The notes under the pieces were generated by a model. The model saw only the letters and a list, made by a program, of their open reading frames with translations. It had not been told where the DNA came from and ran no database searches. Source: Octopus sinensis (taxonomy: Eukaryota). Taken from it: a stretch of 64,000 nt of DNA. Positions 48,414 through 61,878 of the stretch are shown here, piece by piece; the stretch's first letter is position 1; each line of letters opens with the position of its first letter. The stretch lies in the NCBI RefSeq assembly GCF_006345805.1, contig NC_042999.1:63798001-63862000 (forward strand), written 5' to 3'. The translations under genes and the position numbers were made by a program.

Positions 48414-48764
48414 TCTCTATATATATAAACGGCAAAATGTCTGTCTGTGCGTGTCCTTTATACAAATCCACAATTTTTCAGTTAGAGGGCTCGCACTTTC
48501 TATGGTCATTCAAAACCGTCCAAGGGTGGTTGTGCACATCTTAACATTTCCCCAGTCACCCCGCAAAGCCATTAAAAAAATCAATAGAAGTGACTTTTTT
48601 GTGAATTTTCTAACCAAAACCCAATGAAAATGCCCGAAACTTGATATGCCAATTGAATGCCAGCTAGCTGTATGTGATTGGTCAGAGATTTGGACAGTAC
48701 TCGCATGTATGTGCGCATGCATGCACTAACACTATGACCCGGTGTTGCTTGGTCATAGTGCTAG
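48414..48764 (+). mobile_element. Non-autonomous Helitron-like element in ARL8 last intron
   Basis: A|TCTCTATATATATAAAC ... gtcatagtgCTAG|T; no TSD. Confidence 0.82.
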
Positions 48765-49329
48765 TAAAATTATAACTTGTTAGCAATAGAAACAGAATTA
48801 GTTCAAAATAGCATTCTTATATCTTAATGTAGAAATACTGTAGAAACCTGCAGTATTCATCTTAAGTATCTAATTTGGATAAAGAATGCTAAGAAGCACA
48901 GAAGTGTATTAGTAGCAAGTGTAAAGCATCCAGTAGTAGTGGTAGAATTGTGAAATTCACTGCCAGTGCTAGATGCTTCTGTGCTTTTTAGCACTCAATG
49001 TCTACACGAGGTGCTTTCTCAAGACGAATATCAAAGTTGTAATTTTTCCAACAATTAACATCGTCTTTAGTGGGGAAAATGTAATATTTTTTTTCTATTT
49101 TTTATATAGTTATCAGCTGTCTTATTCTTTGGTATGTACTTTGTGCTAGACTGAATTTAAATTTTTCATTTTCTGAACTAAGAGTAGTGACTGATTTCCT
49201 ATGCCACTGACATCAATATAAGTGTCAGTGGAGTCATAGCATTTTAGCTTGAATCCAGTCACATTATGTACATGTTTGGAGCTAACAACATATAATCAAA
49301 CTGACAGATACATAGTATAGAGCTTATCT

Positions 49330-49672
49330 TTTACTTGTTTCAGTCATAGGACTGTGGCCATGCTGGGACACCACCTTGAAGGGTTCAGTTGAGTAAATCG
49401 ATCCCAGTACTTGTTTTCTTTTAGAGTCTGGTGCTCATTTTTTGGTCACTATTGCCAAGCTGCTAGGTTATGGGGATGTAAACAAACCAACAGCAGTGGT
49501 CAAGACAAACACATAAAAACAATGGGTTTCCACAGTTTCTGCCTACCAAATTTACTCACAAGGTATTGGTTAGCCCAGGCTATAGTAAAAGATACTTGCC
49601 CAAGGTTCTGCACATTGAGACCAAACCTGAAATTATGTGGTTGTAAAGTGAGCTGCTTAACCATGCAGCCAT
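49330..49672 (-). mobile_element. SINE family A, diverged
   Basis: reverse-complement head, body and tail recognisable. Confidence 0.7.
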
Positions 49673-50436
49673 ACCTAAAAAAAGGCTTCAACTTCAAAGA
49701 TGATGTCAACAGCCTGTAAATTGTAATTGTACACTGGAAGATGATGAAAGTCGCAAAAAACAACACCTCCCCCAAATATTGAACATTTAATTACTAGAGG
49801 TACAGTGACTATGAGGTTAATATGTTGGGATCTTTTTGGTTGTATACTTATATAGGGATGATATTATAAAAATTTTTTACACATTTCATTTGTTCCTATA
49901 GTGCTTCGTCACTTCAAACAAACTTTTGCAGGCATGGTGGGGGAGAATGTTAGTAGTAATTTAGCTGGCAGACTTTGGCTGATGAGAAATCGGGCACCTG
50001 TTTGGTGCTAAATTTCAAAACCGGTACCAAGTTGACCAGCATTTACTTGTTCTGACCCAGTAGAGGTAAGACGTTGTTCACTGATATTTGTTTTCTATCA
50101 TGCCTGTAATAGATTTGTAGCTATAAATTACTATAGGAATCCAGTATATTTGCTTGCTGAAAGGGATGTGATTATTGTAGACCAAGTGTTTTATGCAGTA
50201 TTGAGTTCAAGTCCTAATACTAGTCTGGAGAAGATGACAAGAAGTTCCAGTTTGTTTCCTGGTTGTATGGTTAACAAGTTCACCTTTACAATCATGAAGT
50301 TCCAAGTTTGATCATATTGAACAGTACCTTGTTAACAACTGCTTTACCTTGTGAGTAGAATTTGGTTCATTGAAGCCATGTGAAAGACCACCATATAGAT
50401 CTGCGTGTGTGAACATATACATACATACATGCATAT

Positions 50437-51160
50437 ATCATCATCATTTAATGTCCGCTTTCCATGCTAGCATGGTTTGGACGATTTTGATCAAGGGCTG
50501 GTGAACCAGATGGCTGCACCAGGCTCCAATCTTGATCTGGTAGAGTTTCTACAGCTGGATGCCCTTCCTAACGCCAACCACTCCGAGAGTGTAGTGGGTG
50601 CTTTTTACGTCCCACCGGCACGGGGGCTAGTCAGGCGGTACTGGCAATGACCACACTCGAATCTTTTTACAGGTGCCAGTGAAGTGACGTTGGTAACGAT
50701 CACGCTCGGATGGTGCTCTTGGCACCCTACTAGCACATGCACAAGTGCCAGTAAGGTGACGCTGGTAACGATCATACTCGAATGGTGCCTTTTAAGTGCC
50801 ACTGGCACGGAAGCCGGTTAGCTGCTTTGTCAACGATCATACTCATATGGTACTCTTTGCACCCCGCTAGCACGGATGCCAGTCATCGAATTGATTTTGA
50901 TTTCACTTGCCTCAACAGGTCTTCACAAGCAGAGTTTAGTGACCAAAGAAGGAAAAAATATGCATAAGCGGGCTGGTTACGCTCCTGGCATAGGCCACAA
51001 GTTATGGTCTCATTTGGCTTGCCGGGTCTTCTCAAGCACAGCATATTTCCAAAAGTCTCGATCGCTAGTCATTTCCTTGGTGAGGCCTAATGTTTGAAGG
51101 TTGTGCTTCACCACTTCATCCCAGGTCTACCTCTTCCACAGGTTGTCTTAACCGCTAGGG
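50437..51160 (-). mobile_element. RTE 3' end: last ORF codons plus long modular 3' UTR variant
   Basis: reverse strand ccctagcggttaagacaacctgtggaagaggtagacc matches the ORF end; continues into modules and tail; 5'-truncated at a (TA)n array. Confidence 0.85.
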
Positions 51161-51161
51161 C

Positions 51162-51238
<77 letters not shown>

Positions 51239-51322
51239 GTGTGTGTGTATATATATATATATATGTGTATATATATATATGTGTATATATATGTATATAT
51301 ATATATGTGTATATATATATAT
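51161..51322. repeat. Compound (TA)n/(TG)n microsatellite
   Basis: direct reading. Confidence 0.95.
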
Positions 51323-51973
51323 AATCATTTACTGCCTAATTTTTTCATGCTTGTATGTATCAGACGAAATTTGTTGAAATGAATTTTCTACAGCCAGATG
51401 CTCTTCCTGTCACCAACCTTCACCAGTTGCCAAACAAAGTAAAATTACCCCCATGGCCAGACATTTTTTCACAAATGATTAGAAACGAACCACATTGCTT
51501 GTATGATATTGACGCTGGTTTAAGAACATCACTTGATGCCAAAAAGGAACACACACATTTATCACGGGCTTCTTTCAGTTTCCTTCTATTAAATCTACTC
51601 ACAAGGCTTTGGTTGGTTTAGGGCTAGAGTAGAAGACACTTGCTCGTGCCACAAAATGGGACTGAACTTGAACACATATGGTAAGGAAACGAGTGTCTTA
51701 ATTATACATTGCATAACAAGTCTGGAGTACCTGAGGAATAACAGTTTGAACAACCTCGGAAAGGACAGGTTTAGAGTTTCAGGGAAGCAGCACTTTGATC
51801 AAGCTCAAACCTTCAATCAACCAGCATTATGCAATATATTCTTAAGGCAATGTTAACACAGACGACGACAGATAAAATTCTTGCAACCACTTAGAATTGT
51901 CAACAAATGAAACAATAGCAAAACAAGAGGTTCCTGAAGTGTACAAGACATATCAAAAGGTATTATTACTTAC

Positions 51974-52044
51974 CTATGTTTTCTTTTTCTTTACATGATA
52001 TGGAATAGCAACAAATTTCTCTATCCTGAATAGCAGATAAATTC
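51974..52044 (-). CDS. ARL8: ARL8 coding exon
   Basis: (M)[24 protein letters not shown]|gtaagt donor; near-identical to ARL8B from memory. Confidence 0.95.
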
Positions 52045-52659
52045 CTAAGAACAAAACAGAAAACGAAATTAGTCACCTCAAGTAGATATAGATTATTTAA
52101 AAAAAATCTTTTTTTAAACTATATACTTGGAAATAACAGAAACATCACAATTTGTACACAAATGTCATACAATCTGTTCACCTGGATAATGAGAAATCTT
52201 TTGTTACCCATATAGCTAACAGTTCTTTGAACCTTTTCCCACCCTGTTCTGACAACATCAACCACCATTTCTAATTTGGCCATCAAGCTACAAGCTATCC
52301 TGAGCATCTGTACACAATTTATGAAAAAGACATATGGTCATGGCTTGAATGCTTTTAAGGCTCAATCAGAGATTATGTAGGGGTTAACCATAACTGGTAG
52401 TGTGGGGTCAATATGATTTCAGTCTTATTTAAAATATTAGATAATCGATACTGCCAGGTTTTATGATTCAATATTCTACCAAATTCTTGCAATTTTGTTT
52501 CCATTATTATTATTATAATATTTTTTTGGTTGTCCGATTTGTTTATCATTCTACACACAGTGTCAATTAGGCGCACCTTGAACATCTCAAGGTGTGAAAC
52601 AGATCATTCGCAGCTGTGAGATTTTACCAGAAGCACCTTCAGCTCTTTAAAGTACCACC

Positions 52660-52791
52660 CGACATCATTCATCACAATGCAAAAGATGTCTCATTTGTCC
52701 AAGATCAAAAGACAAGACCAGGTTCACCTGCAGTGGATGCAATAACTCCATGTGTGAAGAGCAGAGCAAGATGGTGTGTATTCAGTGCTAG
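52660..52791 (+). pseudogene. piggyBac transposase C-terminal cysteine-rich domain relic
   Basis: RHHSSQCKRCLICPRSKDKTRFTCSGCNNSMCEEQSKMVCIQC*: C-x2-C-x10-C-x2-C-x4-C-x2-(H>Q)-x4-C-x2-C; in-frame stop just upstream. Confidence 0.65.
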
Positions 52792-53289
52792 GATGAAAAG
52801 TTTTACACACAAAATGCTGTAATACATTATTTAGACAAACAGATTTTTTTCTGGTATCTCAATACATTTTTAATGATGGGGTCAAACTAATCTCAAGGTA
52901 CTGCTAACGTAATTTTTGTCATGGTGCCATGGCAGAGTTAAACATGAATATCTACTGACAGATATCAAAATGTTCTGAAGATCATGATATTCATTATTAT
53001 CCTTTTAAATTCATTCATTTTTTTCTGCTAGTGTGAAAGGCTCTCAGAACACCTTAACATCTTACTAGTCTTAGTGGTACATTATCCTATTAACTCGGGA
53101 ATAATCTCAATGCTTTTTTCCGAAAAATATGTTGGAAATATAAATTATTTCAATAACACCTGCGTTTGACTCCATTTCTTAATTTATTCAGGTTATACAA
53201 AAACATTTCACTTAACCCTGAAACTTCTTCCTTTATAAGTAGGGGATTGTACAGCTCTTACCAACTACTCATCTATCTCCAGTTTCCAT

Positions 53290-53405
53290 ATTGACCACCA
53301 TATAAGAGATCCGGGGACCCTGTCAAAGGCTTTCTCCAAGTCAACAAAAGCTAAGTACAGAGGTTTATCTTTAGTTAGATATTTCTTCTGCAGTTGCCTT
53401 ACCCC
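53290..53405 (-). mobile_element. Short RTE RT fragment
   Basis: reverse reads about RQLQKKYLTKDKPLYLAFVDLEKAFDRVP. Confidence 0.75.
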
Positions 53406-54191
53406 AGAAATATAGCAAATAAGTCCAACAAATATGACCCCACATGGTTTCCATTTCGTTATTTCGTTTTATTCACAAGACTTTGTAGAAGACATTTGAC
53501 CACGTGCTGCCTAGTGGGATCAAACCTGAAACCATGTAACTGAGAAGCAAACATCTACTAACCACATGGCCAAGTCCAAAACGGAGAAAAAGAAGAAGAA
53601 AAAACTGAAGTTGTACTGGATGTTCTGGTGTAGTTAATACGACAAGCAGCCAGAAATTACTTGAAAGACTTGCTGGAAGATGCAGATAAGTTCTGTGAGT
53701 CACATGACACACTTATAAATTGGGAGTGGAAGTATAAAATAGTACAATCAGTAGTTAGAGCTTGAAGCAAAAAGGAGTTTAATGGGATGCTAATATTTAA
53801 CAACAGAGATATTCTCTTTGGTAAACTAAGCAAAAAAAAACTATAGGTTTTACATTGCATGATAGTGAAACACAGACAATAAATTTAATGGATGTATATG
53901 ATTGAAGAGAAACAAGTTGGGTATGAACAACCATTGGATATAAAATATATACCTAGTAGGAATGTTGGGTCAAGATGTGAAGGAGTTAATAATGTAAACC
54001 AATATACATACAGAGGAGGTAAGTAATGAATGATGCAGACCAGATGAAAAGTAAAGCAACAAAAGATCTGAATGGAATAATCAGATTTTACTCTAGAGCA
54101 TTTGAGCTGATAGAACATGGATTAATGTTGTATGATAATTTCTGTCATCATGAATAAAGTCTTTTAAAAATAATGACGGTAATTTACTTAC

Positions 54192-54353
54192 ATTTTTTCA
54201 ATAAGATCTTTCTCATCTAGGGCTCTGGGCAAATCTCGTTTGTTTCCCAACACCAACACAGGAATACCCTGTAATTGTGGCTTGTCTAGTAAATTATGCA
54301 ACTCATTTCTTGATGCCTCCGTCTTCTCCAGGTCAGCGGCATCTACCATATAA
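54192..54353 (-). CDS. ARL8: ARL8 coding exon (G4 GNKRD motif); upstream exons not found in window
   Basis: [53 protein letters not shown]; ctag acceptor, gtaagt donor. Confidence 0.95.
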
Positions 54354-55087
54354 CTAGAATTAAATACAAACTAAGTTAAAGCAGAAAAAAGCAAAAACAC
54401 AAAAACAAATACATATTTTCAAAAAATTAATACACAAACACACTAGAACTTCTGAAGTATGGTATACAAGAATATTTTATTTTGGTATTTGGTTTGCAAA
54501 ATTCTTGATGTGACTTGTGCATTGAAACCTATTTTGCTATTTCTTGGGAGGATCATTTAACCAATTGACAAATAAAAACAGAGAACTGAAATAGAACCTG
54601 TGCAAGTGTTTATTATTGGCATAGTGACCCTACTGCAATACAAATAGAAAAAGGTATTCAAGAAATCTTTTAGTTGTATCTACACTACCTTCCAACCAAT
54701 ATTTCTATTAGTCATTTTCAGGTGGTGTATTTTTAATGAAATATTTCCTCTGCATCTATTTAGGGATTTTTATTACTCACAGGGTTCATATTCTCTGATC
54801 CACTGTTCAACTGTCATGCAAGACTGCACTATTTGAATCACTTTGATGTTTTTAAAATCAAAATTGAAATCTCACACACTAAACCTGAATAACAGAAACT
54901 TCAAGAGTTTGTCAAGTCTGTCTCCTCTCCTCAGTGCAGTTTAATATCTTCCTGGAAAACATGTAAGATACAATATAACCTGCTTTTCCTTTGGAGGATG
55001 AAGGTAATTCTAAAGTCCCCAATATTTCTCGATTACAAGTTATATACTTTAATTATTAAGTGAATACCCCTCATTCATTGGACAATA

Positions 55088-55546
55088 ACCCTTGCATGTG
55101 AAGACCTACTGAGGCAAGTGAAATCAAAATTGTTGACATGGCCAATAACAATACCACCTGATTGGCACTCGTGCCAGTGGAACATTAAAAGCATATCCGA
55201 GCGTGATTGTTGCCAGGGCCATGGATTGGCTCCCATGCCGGTGACATGAAAAGTACCATTCAAGCATGGTCATTGCTTGTGCCGCTGGACTGGTACCCAT
55301 GCAGGTAGCATGTAAAAACACCTTTTGAGTGTGGTCGTTGCCAGGACCGCCTGACTGGCCCTCGTGCCGCTGGCATGTAAAAGCACCCACTACACTCTCG
55401 GAGTGGTTGGCATTAGGAAGAGCATCCAGCTGTAGAAACTTTGCCAGATCAGATAGGAGCCTGGTGCAGCCTCTGGCTCACCAGTTCTCAGTCAAACCAT
55501 CCAACCCATGCCAGCATGGAAAGCAGACATTAAACGATGATGATGA
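55088..55546 (+). mobile_element. RTE 3'-UTR-derived repeat
   Basis: starts with cttgcatgtgaagacc...gaggcaagtgaaatc, homologous to 14450-14490. Confidence 0.8.
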
Positions 55547-56576
55547 TAAATATTCTAGATAAGATCCATAAATCTTATCAAACTGTAAAAGCATCAGCCA
55601 ATGTGGGAGTCTATATGCAGTTGCTTGACTTGCAAGAAATAGTTGTTAGATCTCCTTAAAATAATACCCCACCTTCTTAGAAAAAAAATGTGGTCTTGAG
55701 TTCTCTGCATATTGGAAAAAAGATGGAATAGACACACTTGAATGCTTTTGATCTGAGCTGACTGGGGCTAAACAACTATAGAAACTGTTCAATTCTTATG
55801 GTTCCTCTTACTGATAAGTTCTATTAATACTGCAACAATCTTTAAAAGATTACTGTAACCTATCAGACAGCAAAGAGTGACTCCTGACTATGTTACTAGT
55901 AAATAAATCAATGACTATAACTTAGATTCCAACACGGAGGTTAAGATCTTCTGAGCAGAGTACATATATTTAAACAATTTTTTTATTTACAGTTTTTCAG
56001 ATTGGCAGAAAGAAGACTTGGTTAAAATGCTTGCAACAGAGACTACTTTGCTAAAGCCTCCTCCCACCACCACCTCTGGGCCAGGTGACCTAAGTTTATC
56101 ACAAAAAAAAAAAATTAAAGATAGTAAGGTAAAAAAAAAAAAGCTGAAGGGGATTAGGCAGTTCATTGTTGCAGATTAGACATGTTAATTAAACGATCCT
56201 CCCCCAACAGAGGAATGTTTTATATGAAACAAAAGATTTGTAGCTTGTTCTGCTGACTACCTGGTAACACTAAATCAGAGTTGATTGGAAGCAACATGGT
56301 AACTGTGAAAACATCAACAATAGATTTTCATATACACAGCAAAGATAATTTCTAGATGATGTAACAGTGAATCTTATAAGTTTTATGAAAAGAATAAAAA
56401 TTCTACTTGTACAACTTCAAAGAATATGTTATGTAAGAGATTATAAAATTTCTAAATACTGGCAAAAACAGAAGATATATATATATAGGGAGAGTTTACG
56501 AAAAAAAACAAAAGACGAAGACAGGTGGTGTACAAAACAAACAGATGTATTAGTATAACGCTCAGGAATAGAAAAA

Positions 56577-56620
56577 GTCTTTTACGTTTCGAGCCTACGC
56601 TCTTCTACAGAAAGGGACAC
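56577..56620 (-). ncRNA. Minimal variant hammerhead-ribozyme-like motif in a short repeat (about 56490-56680)
   Basis: - strand GUGUCCCUUU CUGUAGAA GAGC-GUAG-GCUC GAAA CGU A AAAGAC; core deviates from CUGANGA. Confidence 0.45.
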
Positions 56621-56675
56621 AGAAACAACAAGGAGAGAAAAAATGTATGCAGTGGCTAACGATCTATCATGGCGA

Positions 56676-56678
<3 letters not shown>

Positions 56679-56749
<71 letters not shown>
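56679..56749. repeat. (AT)n(AG)n microsatellite
   Basis: direct reading. Confidence 0.95.
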
Positions 56750-56883
56750 CATGACTATATATATACAAATGTTATGACTAGACACAGCAACAAAAAATGA
56801 GTTGTTAAAATTCTTTGAGGAGACCTGTTGAGTCAAGTACATGAACATCGAAATAAATATCAATGGAAATAGTAGTTGTGATA

Positions 56884-57264
56884 CCTGTGCTGGTGGCACA
56901 TAAAAAGCACCATCCGAACATGGCGGCCGCCAGCGCCGCCTCGACTGGCTTCTGTGCTGGTGGCACATAAAAAGCACTATCCGAACGTGGCCAATGCCAG
57001 CGCCGCCTTGGCTGGCCTCCGTGCCGGTGGCACGTTAAAAGCACCAACCGATCGTGGCCGATGCCGGACTCCCCTGGCACCTGTGCAGGTGGCACGTAAA
57101 AAGCACCCACTACACTCGTGGAGTGGTTGGCATTAGGAAGGGCATCCAGCTGCAGAAACACTGCCAGATCAGACTGGAGCCTGGGGCAGCCCCTGGCTTC
57201 CCAGACCCCGGTCGAACCGTCCAACCTGTGCTAGCATGGAAAACGGACGTTAAACGATGATGAT
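56884..57264 (+). mobile_element. RTE 3'-UTR-derived repeat with several modules
   Basis: four to five ggtggcac.taaaaagcac modules and (GAT)n. Confidence 0.85.
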
Positions 57265-57675
57265 CTTGTAGATAGAAAGAATTGAGCTAAAAAGATTGAC
57301 TTAAATGAGAAGCATATATGAAAATACAACCTATGAGATTGACTCATTTATACAATCAAAAGTAAATAGTCAGCTTAATCAGAGTTAATCTTGGATTTAA
57401 CAACAGTATTTTCATTCAAGAATAACAGTTGTTATAATATTTTAGGTATATTTTTTAACTATTTCTTATTCTAGTATATGTGGCATGAGTTCTGTAAATC
57501 TGAATATTAATAGGGTATGTTTTATTTACATGTGTATGTCATTCAACATAAAAACTTGGTCGGTGTAGGAATTGAACCTCTTTGTCAGCCAGCCAAACTG
57601 AAATAAGCAGCAGTTTATTAACCCCAAATAAGCCTTCATCAGAGAGGTATGTGACCCTGAAGTCATTCTACTATA

Positions 57676-57999
57676 TAGTGCTAGTGCATGCATATACAGC
57701 TGCGTGCGTGTGCAGCTGTAAATCTCCGACCAATCTCATACAGCTAGCTGGCATTCAATTGGCATATCAAGTTTCGGGCATTTTGATTGGGTTTTGGATA
57801 GAAAATTCACAAAAAAGTCATTTCTATTGATTTTTTAATGGCTTTGCGGGGTGACTGGGGAAATGTAAAGATGTGCACAACCACCCTTGATGATTTTGAA
57901 TGACTATAGAAAGTGCAAGCCATCTAACTGAAAAATTGTGGATTTGTATAAAGGACACACACACACAGACAGATATTTTGCTGTTTATATATAGAGAGA
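57676..57999 (-). mobile_element. Non-autonomous Helitron-like element lacking most of the 3' hairpin
   Basis: body homologous to the other three copies. Confidence 0.75.
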
Positions 58000-58544
58000 T
58001 TTGGGACTACAATATCCAAGACAGCAAGGTATGATTTGAAAGAGGTTTGGATGCTATTTCTAGCAAGTTGTTTTTGAAGCACAATTATGTATGTTGCTCT
58101 AGTGAACGTTGACAATATTCAAAGATGACAATAATAATAATTTGAACTGGTAACAATGTTGTCAACAGTAATCCTATATCATAACCTCACAGCCATTGCA
58201 CTACTCCAGTTTACAATATTATCCTTATTTATCAAACGCACTGACTAACTTCTAGCTGGCAACAGCCTAGACTGTGTGTACTCTACAGAGTAGTGATAAC
58301 TGATGTAAATATGACTAATAATGATTTTTTTTTTTACTCAAGTCACAAGGCCGTAGGTTTTATTGAAGCATAAGAATGTAAGTTGCAATATCCAAGCCTA
58401 CCTTCAGAAAAGTGACAGTAGAAGTGAACTGAAATAGCTTTAATGAAAATCAAATCTTCAGATTTAAGCGATGTTTAAACAGTTTTAATAAACACTTGGT
58501 AAGAAGTGAGTAATATTGGAAAGTTGTGTTTTGCTCACCAAAAG

Positions 58545-58920
58545 CTCTGTATGGTAAGTAGCTTGATTATGAACCACATTGTTCTGGGTTCAGTCCCACT
58601 GCGTGGAACCTTGGGCAAGTGTCTTCTACTATAGCCTCGGGCCGACCAAAGCCTTGTGAGTGGATTTGGTAAACGGAAACTGAAAGAAGCCCGTTGTATA
58701 TATGTATGTGTGTGTATATGTTTGTGTGTCTGTGTTTGTCCCCTGAACATTGCTTGACAACTGATGCTGGTGTGTTTACATTCCTGTAACTTAGCAGTTC
58801 GGCAAAAGAGATCAATATAATAAGTACTAGGCTTCCAAAGAATAAGTCCTGGGGTCGATTTGCTCGACTAAAGGCAGTGCTCCAGCATGGCCACAGTCAC
58901 ATGACTGAAAAGAGTAAAAG
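58545..58920 (+). mobile_element. SINE family A
   Basis: near full-length copy; further partial copies at about 1590, 17290, 24560, 28960, 29545, 30640, 35620, 40195, 41330, 42320, 51550, 53470, 61160, 62010, 63190. Confidence 0.85.
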
Positions 58921-60923
58921 CTATATCGAAAGCTTCTACTTTCAGAGGAATAGCCAGGACTTCTATATTTTACCATGAATACCAAACAGTAAAAGAAAAA
59001 CTCCTGTGAGTCAAATAAATATGATGAGTAAAAACTGAATATTATTCCAGAAATAATGAACTATTAACAGTCTTATTTCGAGAAGTTGTACATTGGAAAG
59101 GCTGACAGCTGTTTCCTCTCTAAGTAAACAACAAACCATAAAAATACATCACCACTTAATCAAGAACAAGCAACAACTCGACAGATAATCAATACCAATG
59201 AATAATAAAAACAAAAATGAAAAAAAAAAAATGAAGAAAATTAAAATAGAAAAAATACAACAAAAACTCACAAGATCTGTGATAAAAATCCATGTAACAA
59301 ATAGTTACTGGAATAAAATAGTTTTAATTAAACCCTCCACCATCCCACCAAAATAACATAATTGAAATGATATTTGTTTTTTGGTGTTTATTGCTTATGG
59401 AACAAGAATGAAATGTTTATTGATTTCATAACTGATCATATAATAGAGTGGTGACTCAACACAGATTGTATTCTAGGGTAATGATCAAAGTATATCAATA
59501 AAATGACGTAGTTTATGCGTACACATGATTGCTCCTGGAATAAAACTCTACTTCTTATTACTAAGTATAACATGTTCACAGAGGGAAGCAGTTTTATTGG
59601 GATTCACAAACTAGATGATGTGAAGAATATAACACTGGTTTAATATTCTAAGTTGTATGTCAGACTGGACTTTAAAAATAAAAATGATTTTGTTGGTTAA
59701 AAATATCAGCATCTTTCTTTATAGCTTTTGGAGAGAAAAATCTTCCATTTTCTTAATGTGACCCACGTGGAAATAAAAACAGCCTTAATCATTATTTAAT
59801 TTTGATTTTTGATCATACTGCACAAAGTGGTTTTAAAGGCATTGCACTATGAATTTAAAAAGTCACATGCCAAAGTAAATTTGACAAAATCAACCGGGAA
59901 AAGGGGGTCTGCTTTAAACACACTTTTAACACGCTTTCATCATAATTTACATAAGACCCATTCTGTTAAGATTCAAACACCAGCTTCAAGAAAAGTAAAC
60001 TAAATCCTAAATTCTTGATTATTTTCAATTTACATTAATTACATCAGAAATATTCTTAGGGAATTTCACACTACTTTGAAATACCTTACTTAAATGTTCT
60101 AGTTTAACAGATCACATAATAGTTAAATCTATTTCCTGGTAAAATTTTAAAATGTCAATGAAGTATAGCTTTGACACTGTTTGAAGTTTTACTTTTGGCA
60201 ATCAGTTTAGTATTTTTTTTTTCTTTTTTCCCCTCCAGGGCCTCTGAAATTGTTGGGAGAAAGGTAGGAAGTTATCTTCAAAAAGAGACTTGTCCCAATC
60301 ACTTGCAACAGAGCAAACTCTGCTAAAAACACCAACGATCTACAAAGAGCAGGAACAAATTCTGCAAAGTATTCTTGCCAAACGTTAACAATTTGGTCCA
60401 GTAGTTTATTTTAATGATTCCAAATTGATGAAAGGCAAAACTATCACAAGGGATATCACAATCCTTTTGTCAAAGATGCTCTTACTGATGAGCATAAGTG
60501 GACACTAACACCATGTTCTTAAAGTGTCATCAAAACTTATATTTAACCTCCAACTGTCACAAAATCCTAATAAAAACAAGGCTATAACGAGACTATTTTT
60601 GTTTTGTACTTATTAATAAGGCTAGCCCTCATTTGTTCATCTGTCCTTTTGTTTTATTTCCATTTTTACTTGCTAGCATGGGTTAGATGAATATGTATTG
60701 TTGAAGCATTAAAAGTGGAATGCCCTTCCTGTCATTAACCGTTACCTTGTTTAACAGTTAAATTTTTTTTTCTTTTCACTCATCTTTAAAGCACAAAGCT
60801 AGAAGATGACCTTTTTGACAGGTAATGTCAACACAATGCCACTAATTGGTAAGCTCAGAATTTTTATGCACAGAGTGTAAAGATTCACAAAGAACAGACA
60901 CAACAGGCTTCCATACAGTTTCT

Positions 60924-61156
60924 TATTTCTTTATTGCCCAGAAGGGGCTAAACGTAGAGGGAACAAACAAGGTCAGATAAAGGGATTAAGTCGATTATAT
61001 TGACCCCAGTGCGTAACTGGTACTTAATTTATCGACCCCAAAAGGATGAAAGGCAAAGTTGACCGTGGCAGAATTTGAACTCAGAACATAGCAGCAGACG
61101 AAATACTGCTAAGCATTTCACCTGGTGGGCTAACGTTTCTGCCAGCTCACCGTCCT
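60924..61156 (-). mobile_element. SINE family B nested in a family A remnant, with TSD
   Basis: ATACAGTTTCT at 60913 and 61157. Confidence 0.88.
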
Positions 61157-61647
61157 ATACAGTTTCTGCCCACCAATTTTATTCACATGGTATTGGACAG
61201 TCCAGAGCTATAGAAGACAGTTGCCCAAGGTGCTGCATAGCAGGACAGAACCCAAAGCTGTGTGGTTGCAAAGCAAAAATCTTAACCACACAGTGATGTC
61301 TAACTACAAACAGACACAAGTAAACAGTTAGTGATTAACTTACGTATACATATTACGCATGTGAAATCTGAGATAGCTCACAAGATCACATGCATATTTT
61401 ATGTGTATGTGTGATACTAAGATGCAGTAAAAAACAAGTGAATCACTAACTGTTTACATATAAACTAAACATTGTATTGAATGCAGGTTTTGTACATATA
61501 AACACACATTTTATATCAAGCACTTTGTAGACAATAGTGTTAGTTACAAATTTCCAACATGTCAATCACTAATTTACAATGGCAAAAATGACCACAGAAT
61601 GCCTGTGTAACTCTAGAGTAATAACTACAAGGTATATTTGTTTGAAA

Positions 61648-61878
61648 GGCGGCGAGCTGGCAGAAACGTTAGCGCGCCGGGCGAACTGTGTAGCCGTATT
61701 TCGTCTGCCGTTACGTTCTGAGCTCAAATTCCGCCGAGGTCGACTTTGCCTTTCATCCTTTCAGGGTCGATAAATTAAGTACCAGTTATGCACTGGGGTC
61801 GATGTAATAGACTTACTCCGTTTGTCTGTCCTTGTTTATCCTCTCTGTGTTTAGCCCCTTGTGGGCAGTAAAGAAATA
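61648..61878 (+). mobile_element. tRNA-derived SINE family B, young copy with TSD of at least 17 bp
   Basis: ggcggcgagctggcagaaacgttagc...gagctcaaattccgcc...aaagaaata; GGTATATTTGTTTGAAA at 61631 and 61879. Confidence 0.9.

Noticed and set aside
48895-48985. Imperfect bulged inverted repeat (aagcacagaag...cttctgtgctt)
   Set aside because: Short and degenerate; most likely a decayed repeat with no evidence of function.
49902-50065. Exon-like + strand segment (cctatag ... GAG|gtaag) antisense to ARL8
   Set aside because: Stops in all three frames; no support beyond splice-like motifs.
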